Shown here one piece after another: positions 45,197-54,760 of a DNA stretch of 64,000 bases. Within the stretch, counting starts at the first letter, position 1. Each line of letters starts with the position of its first letter. Position numbers and translations under genes: made by a program. Origin of the DNA: an uncultured Actinomycetes bacterium (GTDB lineage: Bacteria; Actinomycetota; Thermoleophilia; RBG-16-64-13); contig CAVPLM010000005.1 of NCBI GenBank assembly GCA_963706025.1, positions 224,001 to 288,000 on the forward strand, read 5' to 3'. The notes below the pieces were generated by a model. It had not been told where the DNA came from and searched no databases. It saw only the letters and a list, made by a program, of their open reading frames with translations.

Positions 45197-47935
45197 ATGG
45201 CAGGTCGGGCGAATGGGAACACTGAGCGGACGGATCGCACGGCTGTGAAGCCGGGCGGTCCGTCCGCGGCCCCAGCCCCGCGTACCCCGGCGAAAAACAC
45301 CGCGGCTGCGCGCAGCGCCGCCGCTCAGGCTCCCGGCCGGGGAGCGGGTACGGGCCGCTCCGGAGGGTCGCGGACGGCTCGCGCGGGCGGCGGCCGCGCC
45401 GGCTCGAGCTCCAACCGGTCCGTCCCCGGGCGGAAACAGGAGATCGTCGCCCTGATCCTGTTTGGGATCGCCGTCTTCTTGGCCTTTGTACTTATCGCGG
45501 GTGGAAGAGGCGGCTATGTGGGTGAAGCAGTGGAGACCGGGCTCACCTACCTATTCGGGCGACTGGCCTTTCTCATCCCCACTGCCCTGATCGTGTTCGC
45601 GGTGACGACGGTCTTCGAGGTCAAGTTGCGGCGTTCGTACCTTTTCGCCGGCGCCATGGTCTTCCTGTTCGGACTGTTCTTGTTGGTGGCGGCCGGTGTT
45701 CCGCCGTTCGGGGGGCATGACGAGGCCACCTTCGTCCGCTCGGTCTTCGAGACGCGAAGCGGAGCGCTCGGCGAGGCCCTGTACGCCCTGTTCCATGGCA
45801 TGGTAGGCACGATCGGAGTGGGCATCATCGGCTGGGTGGCCCTGCTGGCCGGCTTCAGCCTAGCCACCGGCATGACGGTGCGGAGGCTTGGCCGGGGGAG
45901 TAGACGGGCGGCCCAGGCGGTCAAAGAGACCGCAGAACGAAGCACGCTGGTGACGAGACGTCGGGACCAAGACCCCGCGCCGATGGTCACGGCCGCCGAT
46001 GGCCGCTCGCCGGATGATCCTTATCAGGGCGGCTTCGGCCCCCGTTTGGGTCCGGTAGACCTGGTGGATGGTGACTGGCCCGACGACGGGACGTTCCACG
46101 AGTGGTCCGACGGCCGGCCGGCCTCGCGCAGTCCCCTGGCTCCTATGCAGTCGTATGGATCATCCGGCGGTCCGGGGGTCATCGACGGCGCTGAAGCCTT
46201 CGGGGATATCTACGAGCGCGACCGGGTAGGCGGTAGGGCCGCGGGCATGGGCGGAGCGACAGCGGCAGTTGCAGCGGTCGCGGCCGCATCCGGCCCCGCC
46301 GCCGAGGGCGGCGCCACTGGAGGTGCCGGGATGAGTGATGGGGCCGCGGGGGCCGCCACCACGATGACTGCCGGCGCCGAAGCAGGGCATGAGGGTACCG
46401 TTCCCCAGCAGGAGACGCTTCCCGGTCTGGTCCGGGAACCGCGACAGATAGCTCTTCCAGTCGAGCAGCCCGCCTACGTGCTGCCCGAGCCGGATCTGCT
46501 GCGCAAGACCGCGCCCGCGGCCATCGGGCGGGTGGGGAGCGAACGTGACACCTCCGCCGTGCTTATACAGGCCTTGGGACAGTTCGGGGTGGAGGCGAGG
46601 GTCGTCGGCATGGTCGTCGGCCCGCGGGTCACGCGGTACGAACTGCAACTGGCGCCGGGCACCAAAGTGGGCAAGGTATCCAGTCTCAAGGACGACCTGG
46701 CCTACGCCCTTGCCAGCACCGAGATCCGTATCCTCGCGCCCATCCCCGGCAAATCGGCGGTGGGGGTGGAGGTCCCCAACCAGCGACCCGACTTCGTCAC
46801 CCTGGGCGACATCTACCGGGAGTTCCCCAAATCGGCGGGGCCGCTCATGGTCTGGCTGGGGAAGGATATCTCCGGCAAGGCCGTGTACACCGATCTCACC
46901 CGGCTGCCTCACTTGCTGATCGCCGGGACTACCGGGTCGGGCAAGAGCGGTTGCGTCAACTGTCTGGTGTCCTCAGTCTTGCTGAGGAGCACTCCCGAGC
47001 AGGTGCGGATGATCATGATCGACCCCAAGAAGGTGGAGCTTTCGCACTACGACCGCATACCGCATCTGCTGGTGCCGGTGGTGACCAACATGAAGGATGC
47101 CGCCGGCGTGCTTCACAATGTTGCCAAGGAGATGGAGGATCGCTACGAGCTCATGGAGTTGGAGCACTCCCGCAGCTTGGCGGAGATGAACAAGAGCCGG
47201 GCCCGTCGGGGAGAGCGCCCGCTCCCCTACATCCTCATCGTCATCGACGAACTGGCCGACCTCATGATGGTCTCGCCGCAGGAGGTAGAGGACTGCGTTA
47301 TCCGCCTGGCCCAGAAGTCACGGGCCGTCGGCATACACCTGGTAGTGGCCACCCAACGTCCATCGGCCGATGTCATCACGGGCATGATCAAGGCCAACAT
47401 CCCCTCCCGGATCGCCTTCGCGGTCTCCAGCCAGACCGATTCCCGCGTGATCCTAGACGTGAATGGGGCCGAGACCCTGCTGGGCATGGGGGACATGCTT
47501 TTCAAGCCTCTGGGTTCGAGCCATCTTCAGCGGGTGCAGGGAGCCTATATCACCGAAGAGGAGATCGCCATCCTGGTCAATCATTGGCGCCATCAGGCCG
47601 AACCGGAGTTCCGCGAAGAACTCCTGCGCCGTCCCCAGGAGACCAAGCGGGGCGACGACGACCTCTTCGACCCGGACTCCGATGAATTCCTCGCGGATGC
47701 GGCTCAGTTGGTGATCGAGACGGGGAGCGCGTCGGTCTCCATGCTCCAGCGCCGGCTGCGGGTGGGCTACACGCGGGCGGGTCGGCTCATCGACATGCTC
47801 GAGAGGCGGGGGATCGTGGGACCCTGGGAAGGCAGCAAACCCCGGCAGATCCTGGTCGACCCCGACGAGTACGAGCACATCATCGCCGGCCTCAGGGCTG
47901 AGGAGCGCGCCGATGACCGGATGGCCGGTGACTGA
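45197..47935 (+). CDS. ftsK: DNA translocase FtsK
   Basis: N-terminal TM helices, low-complexity linker, PHLLIAGTTGSGKS, IDELADLM, ATQRPS, gamma domain LQRRLRVGYTRA. Confidence 0.97.
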   Translation: MAGRANGNTERTDRTAVKPGGPSAAPAPRTPAKNTAAARSAAAQAPGRGAGTGRSGGSRTARAGGGRAGSSSNRSVPGRKQEIVALILFGIAVFLAFVLIAGGRGGYVGEAVETGLTYLFGRLAFLIPTALIVFAVTTVFEVKLRRSYLFAGAMVFLFGLFLLVAAGVPPFGGHDEATFVRSVFETRSGALGEALYALFHGMVGTIGVGIIGWVALLAGFSLATGMTVRRLGRGSRRAAQAVKETAERSTLVTRRRDQDPAPMVTAADGRSPDDPYQGGFGPRLGPVDLVDGDWPDDGTFHEWSDGRPASRSPLAPMQSYGSSGGPGVIDGAEAFGDIYERDRVGGRAAGMGGATAAVAAVAAASGPAAEGGATGGAGMSDGAAGAATTMTAGAEAGHEGTVPQQETLPGLVREPRQIALPVEQPAYVLPEPDLLRKTAPAAIGRVGSERDTSAVLIQALGQFGVEARVVGMVVGPRVTRYELQLAPGTKVGKVSSLKDDLAYALASTEIRILAPIPGKSAVGVEVPNQRPDFVTLGDIYREFPKSAGPLMVWLGKDISGKAVYTDLTRLPHLLIAGTTGSGKSGCVNCLVSSVLLRSTPEQVRMIMIDPKKVELSHYDRIPHLLVPVVTNMKDAAGVLHNVAKEMEDRYELMELEHSRSLAEMNKSRARRGERPLPYILIVIDELADLMMVSPQEVEDCVIRLAQKSRAVGIHLVVATQRPSADVITGMIKANIPSRIAFAVSSQTDSRVILDVNGAETLLGMGDMLFKPLGSSHLQRVQGAYITEEEIAILVNHWRHQAEPEFREELLRRPQETKRGDDDLFDPDSDEFLADAAQLVIETGSASVSMLQRRLRVGYTRAGRLIDMLERRGIVGPWEGSKPRQILVDPDEYEHIIAGLRAEERADDRMAGD

Positions 47936-49049
47936 CCTTCGGGTCCCCTCCATCACCGCCGCCGAGGTCGTGGAAGGCGGTTTCCAGGTGGTGGATGTCC
48001 GCTCTCCCAGCGAGTTTGCCGACGGGCATGTGCCGGGAGCCGTGAATCTTCCCCTGCTCGACGACGAGCAGCGCTCTGTGGTCGGCATCGCCTACAAGGA
48101 GCAAGGAGCCGCCCGGGCGCGCGTGGTCGCCATGGAACAGGTGAGCCCCGGTCTCGCCCGGTACCTGGGGGAGCTTACGGCGCTGGCCCACTCCCAGCCG
48201 CGGGGCCGGCGGCTGGCGATCATGTGCTGGCGGGGCGGGGAGCGGAGCCGGAACGTGGTCCTGCTGCTGGCCCTCATCGGGGTGCATGCCGTGACGGTGG
48301 GCGGAGGCTATCGAGCCTATCGTCGAGAGGTCTTGCTTGGCCTGGAGGGTTGGCGCCCCCCGGTGCCGGTGGTCACCTTGCTCGGCCATACTGGGGCGGG
48401 CAAGAGCGCTCTCCTGCGCAGTCTGGCTGGGGTCGCATCCAGCCTGCGGGGGCCGCGTCCCTGGCCGCTGGATCTGGAGGATCTGGCCCTGCATCGGGGC
48501 TCGCTCCTGGGAGGACTCAACCAACCGGGAGAGAGATGTCAGAAAGACTTCGACGCCCTCCTCTGGGATGAGCTGCGCAGGCCGCATGGTGACTACCTGG
48601 TGCTGGAGGGAGAGGGCCGCAAGATCGGCAGGATCATCCTTCCGGGCAGCGTCGCCGCGGCGATACGCTCCGGCATGCCGGTGTACGTGCATGCCTCTCT
48701 GGAGGCCCGCGCGGAGCGCATCGTGGCGGAATACGCGCCTGAAGGCTGGGACACTGCCGACACCGAGCGCTTCCGCCACAGCCTGGAGCTAATAGCCGCC
48801 CGGCTGCCCCGGCGCACCTACCTTTCCTTGGAAACAGCCTTCGATGATGGTAGATTTACCGACGTCGTGCAGGGGCTCTTGGTCGAGTATTACGACCCTC
48901 TCTACGAGAGATCGTGTGTGGAGGGGAGGCGTTTCATCCTGGAATTCGAGACCGGCCCTGACCCCATCCTGGACGCGCGCCGGTTCGCCCAGAACATGGC
49001 CCGCCTGATCCGAGAGGTGTCATCCGACCCCCGTGACGGACATCGGTAA
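47928..49049 (+). CDS. mnmH: tRNA 2-selenouridine(34) synthase
   Basis: Rhodanese DVRSPSEF..GHVPGAVNLPL and CWRGGERS; P-loop GHTGAGKS; DLE.LA.HRGS; YYDPLY. Confidence 0.9.
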   Translation: MTDLRVPSITAAEVVEGGFQVVDVRSPSEFADGHVPGAVNLPLLDDEQRSVVGIAYKEQGAARARVVAMEQVSPGLARYLGELTALAHSQPRGRRLAIMCWRGGERSRNVVLLLALIGVHAVTVGGGYRAYRREVLLGLEGWRPPVPVVTLLGHTGAGKSALLRSLAGVASSLRGPRPWPLDLEDLALHRGSLLGGLNQPGERCQKDFDALLWDELRRPHGDYLVLEGEGRKIGRIILPGSVAAAIRSGMPVYVHASLEARAERIVAEYAPEGWDTADTERFRHSLELIAARLPRRTYLSLETAFDDGRFTDVVQGLLVEYYDPLYERSCVEGRRFILEFETGPDPILDARRFAQNMARLIREVSSDPRDGHR

Positions 49050-49860
49050 CAGCCTGCGTGAGGCTCGTATCCGCAAGGGCCTCAGCATCAAGGACGTAGA
49101 AGGCGCCACCAAGATTCGGTCCAAGTACCTCGAGGCACTCGAGGAAGACGACTTCGAGGTCTTGCCGGGGCCGACCTATGTGAAGGCTTTTCTGCGGACC
49201 TACGCCACCTTTCTCAAGCTCGATGCGGACGCTCTGATCGCCGAGTATCGCAGCACCTACGAGCCTCGCGGCGAGGAACAGGCCGTGGTCCGGTCGGAGC
49301 TCACCCAGGAACGGCGGTCTCCCACCAGCGTAGAGCGGAAGAGAAAGAGGACCCGCCGTCATCAACGCGGTTACGCTCTTATTGCGGCGGTGGCGGTGGT
49401 GATCGTGGTCCTGCTGGCCTGGTTCGGATCGGGACGGGGACAGGACCCGGCGTCGCTCGACGCGAGTAACGTCAGCAGTTCGACTTCGAGCGTCAGCCTT
49501 GCCGACGTGAGCAGTACAACCGTCACTTCGGAGGAGGGGGCCGAAGCGACGACCAGCACCGAGACCACTGTGGGAAACGGTGGAAGTATCCCCAGCGGCG
49601 AAGACGTGGTGTTGATCGTCAGCGTGACTGAGAGCAGTTGCTGGCTGGTGGTGCGTGAGGACGGCGAAGACGGGACCGAACTCTTCGCAGGTACTCTCTC
49701 CGCTGGAAGCCAGCAGACCTTCGATGGCTCAAAGCGCTACTGGATGACGGTCGGTAAGCCCGAGGTCATAGCCTTGTCGATAAACGGTGCTCCACATACC
49801 CTTGAGGAGCCCGCCGGCTCATTCGTCGTCACAGAGGCTGGCGTAGAGCGCACAGAGTAG
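49033..49860 (+). CDS. rodZ: RodZ-like HTH membrane protein
   Basis: IG..LREAR, TKIR..YL.ALE, single TM, C-terminal SCWL.V..DG domain. Confidence 0.88.
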   Translation: MTDIGNSLREARIRKGLSIKDVEGATKIRSKYLEALEEDDFEVLPGPTYVKAFLRTYATFLKLDADALIAEYRSTYEPRGEEQAVVRSELTQERRSPTSVERKRKRTRRHQRGYALIAAVAVVIVVLLAWFGSGRGQDPASLDASNVSSSTSSVSLADVSSTTVTSEEGAEATTSTETTVGNGGSIPSGEDVVLIVSVTESSCWLVVREDGEDGTELFAGTLSAGSQQTFDGSKRYWMTVGKPEVIALSINGAPHTLEEPAGSFVVTEAGVERTE

Positions 49861-49861
49861 C

Positions 49862-51220
49862 ATGTGCGCTCTCCCTGCCGCCCTTCCGCGGGTCTACATC
49901 CACACACTTGGCTGTCCCAAGAACGAGGCCGACAGCCGCGCGGTGGCCCGTCATCTGTCGGCTGCCGGCGTTCGGGTGGAGACCGACCCCGGGCAGGCGA
50001 CCCACCTTCTCGTAAACACCTGCGGTTTCATCGCCGACGCCAAAGAAGAATCCATAGCCGCCATCCTCGATGCCTGCGGTCAATACGGGGACCGGCAGGT
50101 GCTTGTGATGGGTTGTCTGGTGGAGCGCTACCGGAAGGAATTGGAGAAAGGCATCCCAGAGGTCGCGGGGTGGTTTGGCCTGATGGACACTGTGGGTCCG
50201 GATGATGCGCCTGGAGCGGGCGGGTCTCCGTTCTCCGGAGGGTTCGCGGCCTTGCTCGAGCATCTGGGATCGTCGGAAGGCAGGCCCACGTCGCCTGTCC
50301 TGGCGGCGGCTTCGTATGCCTACCTGAAGATATCGGACGGCTGCGACCAGCCCTGCACGTTCTGCGCCATTCCCTCCATCAAGGGGGGCTACCGTGCGGC
50401 CGACACCTCCCGGATCCTCAGGGAGGCCGACGCTTGTCTGGAGGAGGGGGCGCGGGAATTGGTGCTGGTGGGTCAGGACACGGCGGTATGGGAAGGCGAT
50501 GGTCTGGAACTGCCCGGATTGATCGACTTGCTGGTCGCCGACGATCGGGTGCGCCGGGTGCGGCTCATGTACCTGCAGCCCGAGCACGTCAGCGACGCTC
50601 TCCTTCGCTACATGGCGGAGCAGCCCAAGCTGTGCCGCTATCTGGATGTGCCCTTCCAGCACGCTCATCCGGAAGTCCTGCGCCGAATGGGCCGGACCGG
50701 GAATGCCGCGACCTATCTCGATCTGCTTGAACGGGCGCGACGGCTGATGCCGGAGGTCTCGGTGAGGTCGGCCTTCATCGTCGGTTTTCCCGGGGAGACC
50801 GAGGACCAGTTCGGGGTCTTGCTGGACTTTGTCGACGAGGCGGGGTTTGACCACGCGGGTGGGTTCGTATACAGTCCTGAGGAAGGGACACCGGCTTTCG
50901 GCTTGAGGCCCCGGGTTAGGCCGGCGGTCGCGCGTGCCCGGCTCAACCGCCTGACCGCTCTGCTGCTGGAGCGCGCCGAGAGCAGGCTCGAACGGCTTGT
51001 CGGTTCGCGGGTCACGGTCATGGTCGATTCGCTTGATCCCGAGGACGCGGAGGAGGGGATCTCGGCGATCGGCAGGACGGAAGGGCAGGCGCCCGAGGTC
51101 GATGGGGTAACCTACATCGAAGGGGACCTGCCCCGGGGGACGACACCGGGAGACGAAGTATCGGTCACCGTGAGTACCGCTGTGGGATACGACCTGATAG
51201 GAACGATCGATGCGTCCTAA
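49862..51220 (+). CDS. rimO: Ribosomal protein S12 methylthiotransferase
   Basis: TLGCPKN, NTCGFI, radical SAM CDQPCTFC, QAPEVDG TRAM domain. Confidence 0.94.
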   Translation: MCALPAALPRVYIHTLGCPKNEADSRAVARHLSAAGVRVETDPGQATHLLVNTCGFIADAKEESIAAILDACGQYGDRQVLVMGCLVERYRKELEKGIPEVAGWFGLMDTVGPDDAPGAGGSPFSGGFAALLEHLGSSEGRPTSPVLAAASYAYLKISDGCDQPCTFCAIPSIKGGYRAADTSRILREADACLEEGARELVLVGQDTAVWEGDGLELPGLIDLLVADDRVRRVRLMYLQPEHVSDALLRYMAEQPKLCRYLDVPFQHAHPEVLRRMGRTGNAATYLDLLERARRLMPEVSVRSAFIVGFPGETEDQFGVLLDFVDEAGFDHAGGFVYSPEEGTPAFGLRPRVRPAVARARLNRLTALLLERAESRLERLVGSRVTVMVDSLDPEDAEEGISAIGRTEGQAPEVDGVTYIEGDLPRGTTPGDEVSVTVSTAVGYDLIGTIDAS

Positions 51221-51812
51221 TCTACCGAACTCCATAAGCCTCTTCCGGGTGCTGATGGTCCCGGTCCTGATGGTGGCGATGCTCGTCGACGAACCGGCCA
51301 GCGACATCATCGCGATCATTATCTTCTTGGTCGCTGCCGGCAGCGATTCTCTCGACGGTTACCTCGCCCGCCGCCGTCATCAGACCACGGTCATGGGAGC
51401 CTTCCTCGACCCTCTGGCGGACAAGCTTCTAGTGATCGCGGCCCTGGTCACGCTGGTGGAGTTGAACGAACTGTCCGCCTGGGTTGCTATGGTGGTCATA
51501 GCGCGCGAGTTGGCAGTATCGGGACTAAGGATGGTGGCCGCCGTGCAGAACACGGTCATCTCGGCCAGCAACTGGGGGAAGATCAAGACGACCAGTCAGA
51601 TGGTGGCCGTCGCGGCCCTCATCATCGAACCCCGTTGGCTCAAGCCGGAGTGGACCCTAGCGGGACGGAGCGTCACCTGGTACTTGGTGATGATCATGCT
51701 GGTGCTGACGGTGCTGAGCGGCCTGGATTACTTCGTCCGCGCCCGCCAGCAGCTACGGGGCCGCCTGAGCGAGAAGACCGACCCCGACGCGGTGCCACCG
51801 AGGGAAGACTAG
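51210..51812 (+). CDS. pgsA: CDP-diacylglycerol--glycerol-3-phosphate 3-phosphatidyltransferase
   Basis: NLPN, D.LDGYLARR...G.FLDPLADK. Confidence 0.95.
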   Translation: MRPNLPNSISLFRVLMVPVLMVAMLVDEPASDIIAIIIFLVAAGSDSLDGYLARRRHQTTVMGAFLDPLADKLLVIAALVTLVELNELSAWVAMVVIARELAVSGLRMVAAVQNTVISASNWGKIKTTSQMVAVAALIIEPRWLKPEWTLAGRSVTWYLVMIMLVLTVLSGLDYFVRARQQLRGRLSEKTDPDAVPPRED

Positions 51813-51817
51813 ACACG

Positions 51818-52447
51818 ATGGGTGGCGCGCAGGTCGCCTTGCAGAGGTTGTTCATCGGCGTCCCTCTGCCCGAGGATCTGCTGGGGTTCGCGCAGTCCGC
51901 GCAGGCGATGCTGACGCCGGTGCAGGGGCTGCGGCTGCTCCGTCCCGACCAGTTACACGTCACTCTGGCCTTCATCGGGGAGGTGGACGAAGTGAAGGCC
52001 AAGGCCGCATGTAAGGTAGTGGACTCTCTGCCCGGGGATATGGGGGGAGAGGGGCGTATCACACGGTTCCTCATGCTGCCGTCGGTCGCGAAGGCGCGGG
52101 TCGTCTCTCTCGAGATAGACGACGGGGAGGGCGTGTTCGCAGGCTTGTTCGCCAAGGTGATGGGTGGTCTCGAGGCGGCGGGGGTGATGAAGCGAGAGAA
52201 ACGGCCGTTCCGGCCTCATCTGACCGTGGCCCGGCTCAAGCATCCGGGGGTGGTGCAACCAAGGTTTGAGAGCGGGGAGGCTCGGTTTGCGGTAGAGTCG
52301 GTGTGCCTTTACGAGAGTGAACTCAGGCGCGAGGGCGCGGTCTATGCGGTGATCGCACGCGCGAAGTTCGAGACGAAAGACGGAGCGAAGGCTCAAAGCT
52401 CGTTTCAGAACGACGTTTCGCCAGCAGGGTGCGATCGGCGCGAGTGA
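51818..52447 (+). CDS. thpR: RNA 2',3'-cyclic phosphodiesterase (2H family); last ~16 codons come from the repeat element
   Basis: RLFIGV, HVTLAF and PHLTVAR (two HxT motifs). Confidence 0.9.
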   Translation: MGGAQVALQRLFIGVPLPEDLLGFAQSAQAMLTPVQGLRLLRPDQLHVTLAFIGEVDEVKAKAACKVVDSLPGDMGGEGRITRFLMLPSVAKARVVSLEIDDGEGVFAGLFAKVMGGLEAAGVMKREKRPFRPHLTVARLKHPGVVQPRFESGEARFAVESVCLYESELRREGAVYAVIARAKFETKDGAKAQSSFQNDVSPAGCDRRE

Positions 52448-52560
52448 GTCAAGGAAGCAGGGAGCGCGCGTGGCAGCGCTACGGGCGCGACCGAGGACGA
52501 GGAATCACGCCGCCCAGCGCGAACTGGGGTGGCCGGGACTCATTCTGAAACGAGTTCTTA
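52395..52560. mobile_element. ~165-bp palindromic MITE/RPE-like element (fullest copy)
   Basis: AGCTCGTTTCAGAACGA (52397-52413) pairs with TCATTCTGAAACGAGTT (52540-52556); nested internal hairpin; related copies at 6368-6465 and 21078-21108. Confidence 0.7.
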
Positions 52561-52566
52561 GGAGGA

Positions 52567-53700
52567 ATGGTGGAAAAGGACAAGGCCCTGGAGATGGCCG
52601 TTCTGCAGATCGAACGCCAATACGGCAAAGGCTCCATCATGCGACTGGGGGATGAGTCGGCGGCTCTCAAGGTTCCGGCGATCTCCACCGGGTCGTTGGG
52701 GCTCGATCTCGCCCTGGGTGTAGGCGGGGTGCCCCGGGGCAGGGTGGTGGAGGTCTTCGGGCCGGAATCGAGCGGCAAGACCACGCTTGCGTTGCACATG
52801 ATCGCAGAGGCGCAAAAGGCGGGGGGTAGGGCGGCGTTCATCGACGCCGAGCACGCCATGGATTCCGCTTATTCCCGGCGTATCGGGGTGAACATCGACG
52901 AACTCCTGGTGTCGCAGCCCGACAGCGGCGAGCAGGCACTGGAGATAACCGAGCTCCTCATCCGCAGCGGCGCCCTGGACATAGTGGTCATCGACTCCGT
53001 GGCCGCCCTCACGCCTCGGGCCGAGCTCGAGGGCGAGATGGGCGATTCCCACGTCGGCCTACAGGCGCGTTTGATGAGCCAGGCTCTGCGGAAACTGGCC
53101 GGTACCATCAGTAAGACCCAGACTACCGCGGTCTTCATCAATCAGTTGCGGGAGAAGGTCGGGGTCATGTTCGGCAATCCCGAGGTCACTCCGGGAGGCC
53201 GGGCCCTCAAGTTCTACGCTTCGGTGCGTCTCGATATCCGCCGTATCGAGACTCTGAAAGAGGGCACCGAAGCCGTAGGCAACCGGGTGCGGGTAAGAGT
53301 GGTCAAGAACAAGGTCGCTCCCCCGTTCAAGGAAGCGGAGTTCGACATCATGTACGGCCTGGGCATCTCCACGGAGGGTGACGTGCTCGATCTGGCGGTC
53401 GACAACAAGATCGTGCAGAAGAGCGGGGCCTGGTTCTCCTACGGCGACCAGCGTCTGGGACAAGGCCGGGAGAATGTCCGTCAGTTCCTGCGCGACAATC
53501 CGGAGTTGGTGCAGCACCTGCGGCGTGAGGTCGTGCAGGCGGTGAACCCCGAGTGGAACGTCGTGGGAGCTGCCGGGGGCGACGCCGGCGCTGCCGCGGT
53601 CGCCGCCGGAGCGTCTGCCGCCAGCGGCCCGGGCGCGGCCGCGGATCCGGGCGCGGTTCCGACCGGGGGCGGCTCGGCCGGGGACGACGCCACCGACTAG
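52567..53700 (+). CDS. recA: Recombinase RecA with Gly/Ala-rich tail
   Basis: [35 protein letters not shown]. Confidence 0.99.
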   Translation: MVEKDKALEMAVLQIERQYGKGSIMRLGDESAALKVPAISTGSLGLDLALGVGGVPRGRVVEVFGPESSGKTTLALHMIAEAQKAGGRAAFIDAEHAMDSAYSRRIGVNIDELLVSQPDSGEQALEITELLIRSGALDIVVIDSVAALTPRAELEGEMGDSHVGLQARLMSQALRKLAGTISKTQTTAVFINQLREKVGVMFGNPEVTPGGRALKFYASVRLDIRRIETLKEGTEAVGNRVRVRVVKNKVAPPFKEAEFDIMYGLGISTEGDVLDLAVDNKIVQKSGAWFSYGDQRLGQGRENVRQFLRDNPELVQHLRREVVQAVNPEWNVVGAAGGDAGAAAVAAGASAASGPGAAADPGAVPTGGGSAGDDATD

Positions 53701-53713
53701 GACTCAGGTCGCA

Positions 53714-54415
53714 ATGCGGACCCGGGGCCGAAAGCAGCCGGCGCCGCAGGGGGATGGCCTCATCACGTCACTCTCTGTCAGCCGGGGCCGGGCCGACCGG
53801 ACCGTAGTGAGCCTGGACGGTGTCTCGGAGGTCGAGCTGGCCAGCGTCCTAGTGGAAAGGGCCGGCCTCCGTACGGGCGCCCTCCTCACCGAGGAGACAC
53901 GGGAGCGACTGCTTCGCGAGGACGAACCCTATCGAGCCCGCTCGCGGGCGCTCCACATACTCGCGCTGAGGGATCGTTCGCGGCGGGAGGTGGAGACGCG
54001 TCTGAGGGATCTCGGCTTCAGTCAGGAGACCGTCGCGGACACCAGTGCCTGGCTTGGATCGCTCGGATACCTGGACGACGGTCGATTCGCGGAACGATAT
54101 GCCGCGGAGAAGCTGAGGGCGGGATGGGGCCCGAGGAGGATCTCCGCTGAGCTACTGCGCAAAGAAGTCGGTCGGTCCTTGGTCGAGGATGCGCTCGCCG
54201 TTGAAGGCTCCAACGCTGAAGCTGTCGTTGAGGGTACTGAGGCCCTCATGCTGTTGGTTCGCAAACGTTTCGGGTCGCAGTTCGCGATCGACCCCGACGG
54301 CGCCGCACGCAGGATGACGGGATACCTCGCTCGTCGGGGGTACGACTGGGAGACCATCGGCCAAGTGGCCCGGAAGCTGCGCGCGGAAGCCGGCGGTGAA
54401 GGCGTGTTTCCTTGA
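53714..54415 (+). CDS. recX: Regulatory protein RecX
   Basis: R.RS..EV..RL, GYLDD.RFA, GPRRI..EL, YLARRGY; follows recA. Confidence 0.92.
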   Translation: MRTRGRKQPAPQGDGLITSLSVSRGRADRTVVSLDGVSEVELASVLVERAGLRTGALLTEETRERLLREDEPYRARSRALHILALRDRSRREVETRLRDLGFSQETVADTSAWLGSLGYLDDGRFAERYAAEKLRAGWGPRRISAELLRKEVGRSLVEDALAVEGSNAEAVVEGTEALMLLVRKRFGSQFAIDPDGAARRMTGYLARRGYDWETIGQVARKLRAEAGGEGVFP

Positions 54416-54441
54416 CAGTCTCCTTACAGCAACGGTAAACT
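54412..54441 (+). promoter_or_regulatory. Sigma70-type promoter upstream of the rny leader/ncRNA
   Basis: TTGACA (54412-54417), 18 nt, TAAACT (54436-54441). Confidence 0.7.
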
Positions 54442-54447
54442 CCAAAG

Positions 54448-54712
54448 ACGTGTGATGATCGGTCGACACGGTGTTGCGCGACCTTGCTTTTGACCGTAGA
54501 TGGCATTGTAAGTCGGCGTATCTGGCGTTGGAATGCGAGAGCCGAAGACTTAAGACGTAGAAGATTGATGAATGCGGCCGGCCGCCGCTCATTTAGTGGT
54601 GTGTGCCGGCACGATGTGCTCCTTTTGAGGGCAAGGTGTAGCAAGGTATTCGTCGGCCGGGCATAGGCTCGGCCTTTCTCTGCTTCTCGGCCATCGACCG
54701 ACCGTCACATCC
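54448..54712 (+). ncRNA. Candidate structured RNA (6S-like ncRNA or RNase Y leader)
   Basis: 54450-54466 pairs with 54694-54710 at 16 of 17 positions; nested ACCTTGCT/AGCAAGGT helix; several internal hairpins; starts just after a promoter. Confidence 0.55.
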
Positions 54713-54760
54713 CTGACCGGACAAGGCCGCGGTGACGCGCCAGTGGGGAATGGTGAAGAG

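Noticed and set aside
52407-52420. Possible LexA box upstream of recA (AGAACGACGTTTCG)
   Set aside because: Mismatches GAAC-N4-GTTC at a core position and is explained by the element's inverted end
52445-52465. AAGGAAGCAG resembling SRP RNA helix 8
   Set aside because: Lacks the upstream CAGG and the GNRA-capped stem, and lies inside a repeated element
54484-54666. 60-aa ORF within the rny upstream region
   Set aside because: TTG start without an SD, atypical composition; RNA structure explains the region better
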